Shown: positions 26,715-36,716 of the stretch, one piece after another | Layout of the letters: the number at the start of each line of letters is the position of its first letter | How positions within the stretch are numbered: the first letter of the stretch is position 1 | NCBI GenBank assembly: GCA_039592995.1 | Contig: JBCNQC010000009.1 | Coordinates: 18,956-82,955 of the forward strand | DNA from: Stenotrophomonas sp. | Lineage (GTDB): Bacteria; Pseudomonadota; Gammaproteobacteria; Xanthomonadales; Xanthomonadaceae | Direction: 5' to 3' | Length of the DNA: 64,000 bases | Notes under the pieces: model-generated | What the model was told of the DNA's origin: nothing | Database searches by the model: none | The model's input: only the letters and a program-made list of their open reading frames with translations | Program-made: the position numbers and the translations under genes

Positions 26715-28136
26715 TCAGCGCCGGTGCTGCATGCGCCGGTCGGGGGCGGGCGGCAGGTCGTCGCTCGCAAGCACCACGCGGTTGCGGCCACGCTTCTTGG
26801 CTTCATACATGGCCGCATCCGCACGCGCCATCAGATGCTCGAAATCCGGATGCTCGTCGTGCGCGGCAACGCCGATGCTGGCGGTCAGCGCCAGTTCCTG
26901 GCCGCTGGACAGGGTGAGCGGGCTGCGTGCGATGTGTCCGCGCAGGTTCTCCGCAATCGACACCGCCTGGTCCACGGTGGCCGCCACCAGCACGATCACG
27001 AACTCCTCGCCGCCATAGCGGAACAGGTAGTCGCTGCCACGGGTGAACTGGCTGAGCAGCCCGGCCACGTGCTGCAGGGCGCGGTCGCCACCGTCGTGGC
27101 CGTGGGTGTCGTTGATCACCTTGAAGTGGTCCAGGTCCAGCAGCAGCACCGCGAACGGTGTATGCGAACTGCTGGCCAGTTCGATCTCCCGGCGCAGCAC
27201 GGTGGGCAGGAAGCGGCGGTTGAGCAGGTGGGTGAGGGCGTCGCTGCCGGCGTCCAGTTCTCCCACCCGCTCGAACAGCATGCCGAGCAGGGTGCGGATC
27301 TGCTCCAGCTTCTTGCGGATGTGCAGCAGGGCGCGCATGCGGGTGCGGAAATCGCTGTGGGTCAGCGCATCGGGCAGGCGTGCGTCGATGCGCTTGATCA
27401 GCGCGTCGATCTGCTGGGTTTCGCTGCTTTCGCCGAAACTGGGACGGCCCTTGTGGGTGAACCACAGGCCGAACTCCGACTCGGCCAGCCATGCGCCTTC
27501 CGTCTCGGCACGCTGGCTGGCCATGGCGTACAGCAGGCCGTTCTCCCAGTCCAGCAGCAGCGCGCGCTGGCGTTCACGTTCGGTACTGACATTCTGCACC
27601 AGCGAGAACAGGCGATAGGCCGAGTCGGTGCGCGCCGAACGCTCGCGTGCATGCGCGTAGGCCAGGGTCATGCCCTCCATGGCGATGTCGATCACCGCGC
27701 TGAGCGCATTGATCGCGCGGAAGGCAATGTCGGCACTCGACGCACGTTCCTGCAGTTCGGCGAACAGGTGTCGTTTGAGCACGCGGGCACCGCGCGTCAC
27801 CAGATCGACCGGGATGCCGACGCGGGCGTGTACGTCGCCGATCACCCGCTGCGCAGCCACGCTGGCGGGCACAGACGCCAGCGTGGTCACCAGAAGTTGC
27901 TGCAGCCAGCGCTGCATCGAAGGCTGCAAGTGCTGACGGACCTGATGGTGTGACAGGTAGCGCGCGGCGCGCGGATCTTCCAGCAGGACCGCATAGAAGT
28001 TTTCCGCCAGCGCGGGAGCCACGTCGGGGGCCATCTGCTGCATAAGTGCCATCGCCTCCGCGCCGGCTTCCTGCAGGCTGAGCTGCCAGGCGGCGATCAA
28101 CGCCTGGCTGGCGCGGTCCATCGATATCGTGTGCAC
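26715..28136 (-). CDS. Globin-coupled-sensor-type diguanylate cyclase (GGDEF)
   Basis: 473 aa, GTG 28136 (alternative ATG 28121). N-terminal sensor-globin-like region with IGDVHARVGIP (candidate proximal His). C-terminal GGDEF domain with RYGGEEF and the DxLT-type context LTHLLNRRF. Confidence 0.8.
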   Translation of the reverse strand: MHTISMDRASQALIAAWQLSLQEAGAEAMALMQQMAPDVAPALAENFYAVLLEDPRAARYLSHHQVRQHLQPSMQRWLQQLLVTTLASVPASVAAQRVIGDVHARVGIPVDLVTRGARVLKRHLFAELQERASSADIAFRAINALSAVIDIAMEGMTLAYAHARERSARTDSAYRLFSLVQNVSTERERQRALLLDWENGLLYAMASQRAETEGAWLAESEFGLWFTHKGRPSFGESSETQQIDALIKRIDARLPDALTHSDFRTRMRALLHIRKKLEQIRTLLGMLFERVGELDAGSDALTHLLNRRFLPTVLRREIELASSSHTPFAVLLLDLDHFKVINDTHGHDGGDRALQHVAGLLSQFTRGSDYLFRYGGEEFVIVLVAATVDQAVSIAENLRGHIARSPLTLSSGQELALTASIGVAAHDEHPDFEHLMARADAAMYEAKKRGRNRVVLASDDLPPAPDRRMQHRR

Positions 28137-28321
28137 GGAACTGTGACCTATGACTCAAAACATCAGTATCGGTGGCTGGCCGCAAAGATGTAGGCGAAGT
28201 TGTCGCACCTGCGACGATTGGTCGCGCCCAGGGGCGTCAGTTCTGGAATGTTATAAACACCGTAATAGTCTCCTCACGTCCCGCCGCGCTAGCCTCTAGA
28301 CCTTGCACAGGAGCTGTTGCC

Positions 28322-29338
28322 ATGGGTCACGACCACGATCACCTGCCCAGTGAGATCCGCCACGAGAAGCCATTGTGGTGGGCGCTGGGCCTGACCAGCA
28401 CGTTCCTGCTGGTGGAGGTGGTGGGCGCGTTCTGGACCAAAAGCCTGGCGCTGCTGTCCGACGCGGCGCACATGGCCACCGATACGTTGGCACTGATGAT
28501 CGCGCTGGTGGCGGTGCGCTTGAGCCGGCGGCCCCCGGACGCGCGCCGCACCTACGGCTACGCGCGGCTGGAAGCGCTCGGCGCGATGATCAACGGCGCG
28601 CTGCTGTTCGTGGTCGCTGCGTACATTCTGTGGGAAGCCATCGCGCGCTTCCGCCAACCGGTGGAAATCGCCTCCACCGGCATGCTGGTGATCGCCGCTT
28701 TCGGTCTGGCGATCAACCTGATTTCGATGCGCCTGCTGCGCGCGGGCAGCGGCGAAAGCCTCAATGTAAAAGGGGCTTACCTGGAAGTGTGGGCCGACAT
28801 GCTCGGTTCGGTGGCGGTCATTCTGGGCGCGCTGCTGATCCGCTGGACCGGCTGGAAGGTGATCGATCCCATTCTGGCGGTGCTGATCGGCCTGTGGGTG
28901 CTGCCGCGCACCTGGGTGCTGATGCGTGAAGCGATCAACGTGCTGCTGGAAGGCGTGCCCAAGGGCATCCAGGTTGACGCCGTGCGCGCGCGCCTGTGCG
29001 GGCACCCTGACGTGCGCGATGTGCACGACCTGCACGTCTGGGCGCTGGCCTCCAGCACCCCGGCGCTGACCGCACACGTGGTGATGGCCGAGGGGGTGGA
29101 CGCCGACGGTCTGCGTCGCCAGCTGGGCAGCGTGCTGCACGAGGACTTCGGCATCGACCACGTGACCCTGCAGGTCGAAGTGGATCACTGCGGGGATGAC
29201 TGCGCCGATGGCAAGCCAACGGGCAGCCACGGGCACGATCACCCGCATGGCCACGACCATGCCGGCCACGCCCACGACCATGTTTCCTCCCGGCGCGGGC
29301 CTGATGCCCAGGGCCACCACGGCCACCCGCACGCCTGA
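28322..29338 (+). CDS. czcD: Cation diffusion facilitator Zn/Co/Cd efflux transporter
   Basis: ATG 28322 with AGGAG upstream. MGHDHDH..., LLSDAAHMATD and a His-rich C-terminus (GSHGHDHPHGHDHAGHAHDH). Confidence 0.9.
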   Translation: MGHDHDHLPSEIRHEKPLWWALGLTSTFLLVEVVGAFWTKSLALLSDAAHMATDTLALMIALVAVRLSRRPPDARRTYGYARLEALGAMINGALLFVVAAYILWEAIARFRQPVEIASTGMLVIAAFGLAINLISMRLLRAGSGESLNVKGAYLEVWADMLGSVAVILGALLIRWTGWKVIDPILAVLIGLWVLPRTWVLMREAINVLLEGVPKGIQVDAVRARLCGHPDVRDVHDLHVWALASSTPALTAHVVMAEGVDADGLRRQLGSVLHEDFGIDHVTLQVEVDHCGDDCADGKPTGSHGHDHPHGHDHAGHAHDHVSSRRGPDAQGHHGHPHA

Positions 29339-29404
29339 GCGGGGCAGGGGGCGGGGTTGCCGCTACAATGGCGGTCTGCCTTGCCACCTGTTGGAGAAAC
29401 TGCA

Positions 29405-30154
29405 GTGACCCGGAAACTCGTACTGTTGCGCCACGGCCAGAGCCAGTGGAACCTGGACAACCGCTTCACCGGCTGGGTCGACGTGGACCTCACCGAGCAG
29501 GGCCGCCGCGAGGCTGCCGCCGCCGGCAAGCTGATGCGCGAAGAGGGCCTGCAGTTCGACGTGGCCCACACCTCGGTGCTCAAGCGCGCCATCCACACCC
29601 TGCAGGGGGCCCTGGCCGAGCTGGACCAGGACTGGCTGCCGGTGAGCAAGAGCTGGCGCCTGAACGAGCGTCACTACGGCGGCCTGCAGGGCCTGGACAA
29701 GGCCGAAACCGCCGCCAAGCACGGCGAGGACCAGGTCAAGATCTGGCGCCGTTCCTACGACATTCCGCCGCCGCCGATGGACCTGGAAGACCCGGGCCAC
29801 CCGATCCACGACCGTCGTTACGCCGGCCTGGACCGCAACGCACTGCCGGGCACCGAGTCGCTGGCCACCACGCTCGAACGCGTGCTGCCGTACTGGTTCG
29901 ACTCGATCGCGCCGCAGTTGAAGGACGGCAAGACCGTGCTGGTCACCGCCCACGGCAACTCCCTGCGCGCGCTGTACAAGTACCTCAACAACGTCTCGCA
30001 GGAAGCCATTCTGGAATTGAACATTCCGACCGGCATTCCGCTGCTGTTCGAATTGAACGACGACCTTACCGTGCAGTCGTTCCGTTATCTGGGCGACCCG
30101 GAAGCGGCACGCAAGGCGGCTGAAGCCGTGGCGAACCAGGGCAAGGCCAGGTAA
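29405..30154 (+). CDS. gpmA: 2,3-bisphosphoglycerate-dependent phosphoglycerate mutase
   Basis: GTG 29405 after [40 protein letters not shown] and [10 protein letters not shown]. Confidence 0.95.
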   Translation: MTRKLVLLRHGQSQWNLDNRFTGWVDVDLTEQGRREAAAAGKLMREEGLQFDVAHTSVLKRAIHTLQGALAELDQDWLPVSKSWRLNERHYGGLQGLDKAETAAKHGEDQVKIWRRSYDIPPPPMDLEDPGHPIHDRRYAGLDRNALPGTESLATTLERVLPYWFDSIAPQLKDGKTVLVTAHGNSLRALYKYLNNVSQEAILELNIPTGIPLLFELNDDLTVQSFRYLGDPEAARKAAEAVANQGKAR

Positions 30155-30180
30155 CCCTCCCGCTCCGTGGTAATTTCCCC

Positions 30181-30288
30181 GTAGAGCCACGCCCTGCGTG
30201 GCTGCGACTCCGTTTGGCACCGCGAAGCCACGCACGGCGTGGCTCTACGGCAGATCATTACCCCGATGACACGCACGGCGTGTCGTTA
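30181..30288. repeat. REP cluster: inverted dimer of the CCACGC class plus one GACACGC-class hairpin
   Basis: gtagagccacgccctgcgtggctg (30181-30204), agccacgcacggcgtggctctac (30226-30249) and tgacacgcacggcgtgtcgttac (30266-30288). Confidence 0.8.
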
Positions 30289-30394
30289 CGGGACCCCTGT
30301 GACCTTTGGCCGGTCCGATCTGCGCTCCACCCGCGCTACGCTGTGAGATTGCCCGCTCTGCGGGCAATGCTTCCAACTGCAGCCGGAGTGACGC

Positions 30395-32488
30395 ATGACC
30401 TTTACCAAGCTGGCCCCGCTGGGCCTGACCGTTGCCATTGCCGCCTCGCTTGCCGCCTGCGGCAAGACCGACGCCCCCGCCGCCGACGCCACCCCGGCCA
30501 AGGCGGCGTTTGATCAGTCGCAGATCAAAACCCCCCTGATCTCGCTCAACAGCGCCGACCTCGACCCCACCATCGCCGCCTGTACGGACCTCAACGGGTA
30601 CGTCAACAGCAAGTGGTTGAAGGCCAACCCGGTGCCGAACGACCAGACCACCTGGGGCAGCTTCGAGATCCTGCGCGAGCGCTCGCTGGAAGTGCAGCAC
30701 GCCCTGGTGCAGCAGGCCGCCGCCAGCCAGGCCAAGGCCGGCAGTGTTGAAGCCAAGATCGGCGACATCTGGAAGACCGGTTCGGACGAAGCGAAGATCG
30801 AAGCCGCTGGCATCGCCCCGCTGCAGCCGCAGCTGGACAAGATCGCCGCGCTGAACGACACCGCCGCCATCACCCAGTACCTGCGTGACAGCCAGGCGCA
30901 GGGCCAGGGCGTGCTGTTCTCGCTGTTCGCCAACGCGGATTACAAGGATTCGGCCAACGTCATCGCCTACGTCGGCCAGGGCGGCCTCGGCCTGCCTGAG
31001 AAGGGCTACTACTTCGACGACGCCCAGGCCAGGATCCGCGACGCCTATGTCGCCTACATCGAGCAGGTGCTGACCTTGTCCGGCGTTGACGCCGCGCAGG
31101 CCAAGGCCGATGCCAAGGCGGTGATGGACTTCGAAACCCGCCTGGCCAAGGCCTCGCTGACCCGCATCGAACTGCGCGACCCGGCCAAGCGCTACAACCC
31201 GGTCAGCGCCGCCGAAGCCGACAAGCTGACCCCGAACTTCAGCTGGACCGCGTTGTTCGACACCCTGAAGGTGCCGGCCGCGCAGAAGTTCTCGCTGGCC
31301 CAGCCGGGCTTCTTCAGCGAAGTTGACAAGATGCTCGCCGACGTGCCGGCCAGCACCTGGCAGGCTTACCTGCGCTTCCACACCGTCGATGATGCCGCGC
31401 CGTACCTGAGCAGCAACTTCGAGAAGGCCAACTTCGACTTCTACGGCACCACCCTGCGTGGCCAGAAGGAAATGCAGCCGCGCTGGAAGCGCGTGCTCGA
31501 TTCGGTCAACACCTCCATCGGCGAAGGCCTCGGCCAGCTGTACGTGGATGCCGTGTTCCCGGCCGAATCCAAGGTGCAGATGCAGCACCTGGTGGAAAAC
31601 CTCTCGGTGGCGCTGAAGGCACGCCTGGAAAAGCTGGAATGGATGGGCGAAGACACCCGCAAGAAGGCGCTGGAGAAGTGGGCCAGCTTCACCCCGAAGA
31701 TCGGCTACCCGGACAAGTGGCGTGACTGGTCGGGCCTGGAAACCAATGCTGACAGCTACCTGGGCAACATGCAGGCCGCGCGTGCGTTCAACTACCGCTA
31801 CATGCTGAACAAGATCGGCAAGCCGGTCGACAAGACCGAGTGGGGCATGACTCCGCAGACCGTCAACGCCTACTACAACGCCACCAAGAACGAGATCGTG
31901 TTCCCGGCCGCGATCCTGCAGGCACCGTTCTTTGACGCCAAGGCCGACCCGGCGCTGAACTACGGCGGCATCGGCGCGGTGATCGGCCACGAAATGATGC
32001 ACGGCTATGACGACTCCGGCAGCCAGTTTGCCGCCAACGGCAACTTCGACAACTGGTGGACCGACGCCGACCGCAAGGCCTTCACCGGCCGTACCGACCA
32101 GCTGGTCGCGCAGTTCGATGGCTACGAGTCGCTGCCGGGCGTGAATGTAAAGGGCAAGCTGACCCTGGGCGAGAACATCGGTGATCTGGGTGGCCTGACC
32201 GTGGCGTACGACGCGCTGCAGATGGCGCTGAAGGAAGACCCGAAGGCCAATGTGGAGGTCGATGGCCACACCCAGGACCAGCGCTTCTTCATGAACTGGG
32301 CCACCGTGTGGCGTCGCAACTTCACCGACGGTGAGCTGCGCGTGCGCCTGAACACCGATCCGCATGCGCCGGCGAATTTCCGTGCCAACGGTGCGCCGTC
32401 TAACATGCCGTCGTTTGCCGCGGCGTTCGAGTGCAAGGCCGGCGACGCGATGGTGCGTGCCGACGACAAGCGTGTGGTGATCTGGTAA
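30395..32488 (+). CDS. M13-family zinc metallopeptidase (PepO/endothelin-converting-enzyme-like) lipoprotein
   Basis: ATG 30395. Lipobox IAASLAAC. NAYY..., zinc motif VIGHEMMHGYD and GENIGDLGG. Confidence 0.9.
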   Translation: MTFTKLAPLGLTVAIAASLAACGKTDAPAADATPAKAAFDQSQIKTPLISLNSADLDPTIAACTDLNGYVNSKWLKANPVPNDQTTWGSFEILRERSLEVQHALVQQAAASQAKAGSVEAKIGDIWKTGSDEAKIEAAGIAPLQPQLDKIAALNDTAAITQYLRDSQAQGQGVLFSLFANADYKDSANVIAYVGQGGLGLPEKGYYFDDAQARIRDAYVAYIEQVLTLSGVDAAQAKADAKAVMDFETRLAKASLTRIELRDPAKRYNPVSAAEADKLTPNFSWTALFDTLKVPAAQKFSLAQPGFFSEVDKMLADVPASTWQAYLRFHTVDDAAPYLSSNFEKANFDFYGTTLRGQKEMQPRWKRVLDSVNTSIGEGLGQLYVDAVFPAESKVQMQHLVENLSVALKARLEKLEWMGEDTRKKALEKWASFTPKIGYPDKWRDWSGLETNADSYLGNMQAARAFNYRYMLNKIGKPVDKTEWGMTPQTVNAYYNATKNEIVFPAAILQAPFFDAKADPALNYGGIGAVIGHEMMHGYDDSGSQFAANGNFDNWWTDADRKAFTGRTDQLVAQFDGYESLPGVNVKGKLTLGENIGDLGGLTVAYDALQMALKEDPKANVEVDGHTQDQRFFMNWATVWRRNFTDGELRVRLNTDPHAPANFRANGAPSNMPSFAAAFECKAGDAMVRADDKRVVIW

Positions 32489-32502
32489 CGCATGATTGCG
32501 TG

Positions 32503-32558
32503 GGTCACGACCAACGGTCGTGACCTGCCGGGGTAGATCACGACCGTTGGTCGTGATC
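32503..32558. repeat. REP inverted dimer, CACGACC-stem class
   Basis: ggtcacgaccaacggtcgtgacct (32503-32526) and ggtagatcacgaccgttggtcgtgatc (32532-32558). Same stem class as 961-986. Confidence 0.8.
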
Positions 32559-32575
32559 GCCCACCCGTGATGCGG

Positions 32576-35500
32576 TTACCCCGGCGTCAACGTGGTCAAC
32601 AATGCCTTGGCCGCATTGAAGCGGTCTTCCGGCAAGGGCAGCGGCACCTTGATGCGCAGCTTGTCCGGGCCATCCATGGTGTACAGCTTGGGCTGCTTCT
32701 GGATCATGGTGATCACCGCCATCGGGTCGATCTGCGGCTTGGCCTCGAACACGATGCGGCCGCCGGCCTCACCCAGTTCCAGCTTGCGGATGCCCAGCGC
32801 ATTGCACTGCAGTTTCAGCTCTGCAATCGCGAACAGATACTTGGTGGGATCTGGCAGCAGACCGAAGCGGTCGATCATCTCCACCTGCAGCTCACGCAGC
32901 TCGGCACTGTCACGCGCGCTGCTGATGCGCTTGTACAGGGTCAGGCGGGTGTGTACATCGGGCAGGTAGTCGTCCGGGATCAGCGCCGGCACGTGCAGCA
33001 CCACTTCCGCACCGCGCACTTCCTCGCCGCTGTCCAGGTCGGGCAGCTTGCCCTGGCGGATGCTACGCACCGCACGTTCCAGCAGTTCGGTGTAGAGGCT
33101 GAAGCCCACTTCGGCCATCTGCCCGCTCTGGTCTTCGCCCAGCAGTTCGCCGGCACCCCGGATTTCCAGGTCGTGGGTGGCCAGGGTGAAGCCAGCGCCC
33201 AGCTCGTCCATCGAGGCAATCGCCTCCAGACGCTTTTCCGCGTCCGGCGTCATCGAGCGCTTGTCCGGCACCACCAGATAGGCATAGGCGCGATGGTGTG
33301 AACGGCCGACGCGGCCGCGCAGCTGATGCAGCTGGGCCAGGCCGAAGCGGTCGGCACGGTTGATGATGATGGTGTTGGCGTTGGGAATGTCGATGCCCGA
33401 TTCGATGATCGTGGTCGACAGCAGCACGTTGTAGCGCTGCTTCTGGAAGTCCAGCATCACCCGTTCCAGTTCGCGCTCGGGCATCTGCCCGTGGGCGATG
33501 CCGATGCGCGCTTCCGGTACCAGTTCGGCCAGGTCGCGCTGCATGCGGCCGATGCTTTCCACGTCGTTGTGCAGGAAGTACAGCTGGCCGCCGCGTGACA
33601 GCTCACGCTGGAAGGCTTCCTTGAGCAACGCGTTGTCCCAGGCGGTAATGAAGGTCTGCACCGCCAGTCGGTTCGGCGGCGGGGTGGCAATGATCGACAG
33701 GTCGCGCAGCCCGGCCATGGCCATGTTCAGCGTGCGCGGAATCGGCGTGGCGGTCAGGGTCAGCAGATGCACGTTGGCGCGCATCGCCTTCAGCGCTTCC
33801 TTCTGGCGCACGCCGAAACGCTGTTCCTCGTCAACGATGACCAGGCCCAGGTCCTTGAACTTCACGTCCGGCTGCAGCAGCCGGTGGGTGCCGACGATGA
33901 CGTCGATGGTCCCGGCGGTCACCTTCTCCAGCTCGGCCTTGATTTCCTTGCTGGTCTTGAAGCGCGACAGCACTTCCACCTTCAACGGGTAATCGGCGAA
34001 GCGGTCGCGGAAGTTGCGGTAGTGCTGTTCGGCCAGCAGGGTGGTGGGTACCAGCACCGCGACCTGCTTGCCGGCACTGGCGGCGGCAAAGGCCGCGCGC
34101 ACGGCCACTTCGGTCTTGCCGAAGCCGACGTCACCACAGACCACGCGGTCCATCGGCTGGCTGCTGGCGAGGTCGCGCAGGGTGGCGTCGATGGCGGCCA
34201 GCTGGTCGGCGGTTTCCTCGAACGGGAAGCCGGCCGCGAACGGTTCGTACATGGCCCGGTCGACGTGCAGGGCCAGGCCGGCACGGGCCTGGCGACGGGC
34301 CTGGATCTCCAGCAGTTCGGCGGCCACGTCGCGGACTTTCTCGGCGGCCTTGCGCTTGGCCTTTGTCCACTGCTCGCCGCCGAGCGAATGCAGTGGCGCG
34401 GTTTCCGGCGACGCACCGCTGTAGCGGCTGATCAGGTGCAGCTGGGCCACCGGCACGTACAGGCGGTCGCCCTTGGCGTACTCGATCTCCAGGAACTCGC
34501 CCGGCATGCCGCCGGCATCAAGCACGATCAGGCCGCGGTAACGGCCCACACCGTGATCTTCATGAACGATGGGAGCGCCTTCGGTCAGCTCGCCGAGGTC
34601 GCGGATGATCGCTTCCGGTTCGCGGCCGACCCTGCGGCTGCGCCGGGTGGTGCCGGCACGTTCCGGGAACAGCTGGCGCTCGGTCAGCACCGCCAGCGCG
34701 GGTTGCTCCAGCGCGAAGCCGTCTTCCAGCGGCGCTACGGTAATTGCGAAGCGTGCGCCATCCTCGCCCAGGAAGCCGGGCAGGTCGGGAACTACCGGCG
34801 GCTTGAGCTCGGCGGCCGCCAGCACTTCCAGCAGCGCTTCGCGCCGGCCCGGCGAATCGGCGGCGATCACGACCCGGCCAGGGTAATGGCTCAGGAACGA
34901 CTTCAGAGCTTCGCCTGCAGGCGCGTCGCGCGCCGCCACCGGCAGTGGCGGCAGCGGCTGGTCGCCCAGCGGCTGTGCGTCGGCGATGCGCGGATGGTCC
35001 GCCGCCCAGATCTCCACGCGCGCCAGGGTGTTCAGGTGCGCATTGAGACCTTCAGGGGTGAGATACAGCTCGGTCGGAGCCAGCAGCGGCCGTTCCACGT
35101 CGTGCCGGCGCTGCTCATAGCGGTTCTGGGTCTGCGCCCAGAACGCCGCCGCGGCTTCGCCCACGCCCGCAGCGAGCACCGGCAGCACATTGGGCTGCAG
35201 ATAGTCGAACAGGGTGGCAGTCTGGTCGAAGAACAGTGGCAGGTAGTACTCCACGCCGGCCGGTGCCAGACCGGACTTCAGGTCCTGGTACAGCGCGCTG
35301 CGCCGGGTATCGACGTCAAAGCGCTCACGCAGGGTGGCCAGCACCCGCGATACGCTCAGCTCGTCCAGCGGTACTTCGCGGCCAGGCAGCATGCGTACCG
35401 CATCGACCTTGTCCAGCGAGCGCTGGCTTTCCGGGTCGAAGGCGCGGATGGAGTCGATATCCTCGTCCAGCAGTTCCACCCGCAGCGGCGCATCCGCGCC

Positions 35501-36043
35501 CATCGGGAACACATCCAGCAGCCCACCGCGCACCGCGAAATCACCCGGGTCCATGACCTGGGGGACGTTGCGGTAGGCCGCCGCTTCCAGCCGCCGCTTC
35601 TCCGCATCCAGATCCAGCCGTTGGCCGACCTTCAGGTCGAAGCTGCCGCCAATCACATACTTGAGCGGAGCCAGCTGCTGCAGCAGGGTCTGCACCGGCA
35701 CCACCACGATGCCGCGCTTGAGCGTGGGCAGGCGGTGCAGCGCCGCCAGGCGCTGGGAAATGATGTCGGGGTGTGGGCTGAAGGCGTCGTAGGGCAGCGT
35801 TTCCCAGTCCGGGAACGCCACTACGGGCAGGCTGTCATCCGCGCCCAGCAGCGTGTGCAGATCGGCTTCGATCTGGTTCGCCCCATGATTGTCGCGGGCG
35901 ATGACCAGCAACGGGCCGTCATGCGTCTGCGCGGCGCGGGCGATGTGCCACGCCAGCGCGGTGGCCGAAGCGGGAGCGCGCCACCAGGCGCGGAGCTGGC
36001 CGGCACGCGGCAGCGGCGGAGCGGGGTAGGAGATACGTGACAT
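32576..36043 (-). CDS. mfd: Transcription-repair coupling factor
   Basis: 1155 aa with ATG 36043. Helicase motifs VCGDVGFGKTEVA, DEEQRFG and TATPIPRT. C-terminal TRCF domain. Confidence 0.97.
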   Translation of the reverse strand: MSRISYPAPPLPRAGQLRAWWRAPASATALAWHIARAAQTHDGPLLVIARDNHGANQIEADLHTLLGADDSLPVVAFPDWETLPYDAFSPHPDIISQRLAALHRLPTLKRGIVVVPVQTLLQQLAPLKYVIGGSFDLKVGQRLDLDAEKRRLEAAAYRNVPQVMDPGDFAVRGGLLDVFPMGADAPLRVELLDEDIDSIRAFDPESQRSLDKVDAVRMLPGREVPLDELSVSRVLATLRERFDVDTRRSALYQDLKSGLAPAGVEYYLPLFFDQTATLFDYLQPNVLPVLAAGVGEAAAAFWAQTQNRYEQRRHDVERPLLAPTELYLTPEGLNAHLNTLARVEIWAADHPRIADAQPLGDQPLPPLPVAARDAPAGEALKSFLSHYPGRVVIAADSPGRREALLEVLAAAELKPPVVPDLPGFLGEDGARFAITVAPLEDGFALEQPALAVLTERQLFPERAGTTRRSRRVGREPEAIIRDLGELTEGAPIVHEDHGVGRYRGLIVLDAGGMPGEFLEIEYAKGDRLYVPVAQLHLISRYSGASPETAPLHSLGGEQWTKAKRKAAEKVRDVAAELLEIQARRQARAGLALHVDRAMYEPFAAGFPFEETADQLAAIDATLRDLASSQPMDRVVCGDVGFGKTEVAVRAAFAAASAGKQVAVLVPTTLLAEQHYRNFRDRFADYPLKVEVLSRFKTSKEIKAELEKVTAGTIDVIVGTHRLLQPDVKFKDLGLVIVDEEQRFGVRQKEALKAMRANVHLLTLTATPIPRTLNMAMAGLRDLSIIATPPPNRLAVQTFITAWDNALLKEAFQRELSRGGQLYFLHNDVESIGRMQRDLAELVPEARIGIAHGQMPERELERVMLDFQKQRYNVLLSTTIIESGIDIPNANTIIINRADRFGLAQLHQLRGRVGRSHHRAYAYLVVPDKRSMTPDAEKRLEAIASMDELGAGFTLATHDLEIRGAGELLGEDQSGQMAEVGFSLYTELLERAVRSIRQGKLPDLDSGEEVRGAEVVLHVPALIPDDYLPDVHTRLTLYKRISSARDSAELRELQVEMIDRFGLLPDPTKYLFAIAELKLQCNALGIRKLELGEAGGRIVFEAKPQIDPMAVITMIQKQPKLYTMDGPDKLRIKVPLPLPEDRFNAAKALLTTLTPG

Positions 36044-36085
36044 GAGCCGGCGATTTTAGCAGACCGCCGGATCACGTCCGTGTCG

Positions 36086-36631
36086 TTACGAATCCAACTC
36101 CAACACCATCCGCACCAGCCCCGGCGTGCCCTGGGGGTGCGGCATCGGCTTGAACCCCAGTGAAGCGGCCAGCTGCTTCATCGGTTCGTTCTCTTCGGCG
36201 ACATCGCCATACAGGCGGTCCAGGTATTTGCCGCGCGCCCACTTCACCAGCTTGCGCATCAACTGGCGGCCCAGGCCCTGGCCTACCAGGAAGCGGCTGA
36301 TCAGGATCGCGTACTCGGCGTCGCGGGTGCCGGAGATGATCGAGGCGCGGGCCACCGCGCCCACCACCGCTTCACCGGCGGGCACCGACTCGGCGGCGAC
36401 CAGGGTGATTTCGGTCTTGGGGTTGGGGTGGGTCAGGCGCTGGGTGGTGTCCGGCGACAGCTCGGTCACCGACTGCAGGAAACGGTCGCGGATTTCTTCC
36501 GGACCAAACAAGCTGAAAGACGCCTGCAACGGCGCGCTGTCTTCCGGCCGGATCGGACGGATGAGCAGTTCGTGGCCGCTGGGGGCCTTGAAGATCTCGT
36601 GCCAGGGCGGCATGCGGTTACGGGTAGCCAT
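36086..36631 (-). CDS. GNAT-family N-acetyltransferase
   Basis: ATG 36631 with AAGGAA 9 nt upstream. LIRPIRPEDSAPL. Acetyl-CoA motif VGQGLGRQLMRKLVKWAR. Confidence 0.8.
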   Translation of the reverse strand: MATRNRMPPWHEIFKAPSGHELLIRPIRPEDSAPLQASFSLFGPEEIRDRFLQSVTELSPDTTQRLTHPNPKTEITLVAAESVPAGEAVVGAVARASIISGTRDAEYAILISRFLVGQGLGRQLMRKLVKWARGKYLDRLYGDVAEENEPMKQLAASLGFKPMPHPQGTPGLVRMVLELDS

Positions 36632-36716
36632 ACCGGTGATTCCTTGGTGGTCTTCGGATTCTCGCATCCCCGGGGGCGCGTTCCGTGAACGAAACACTCA
36701 CACGGGGAGCGGGGAC

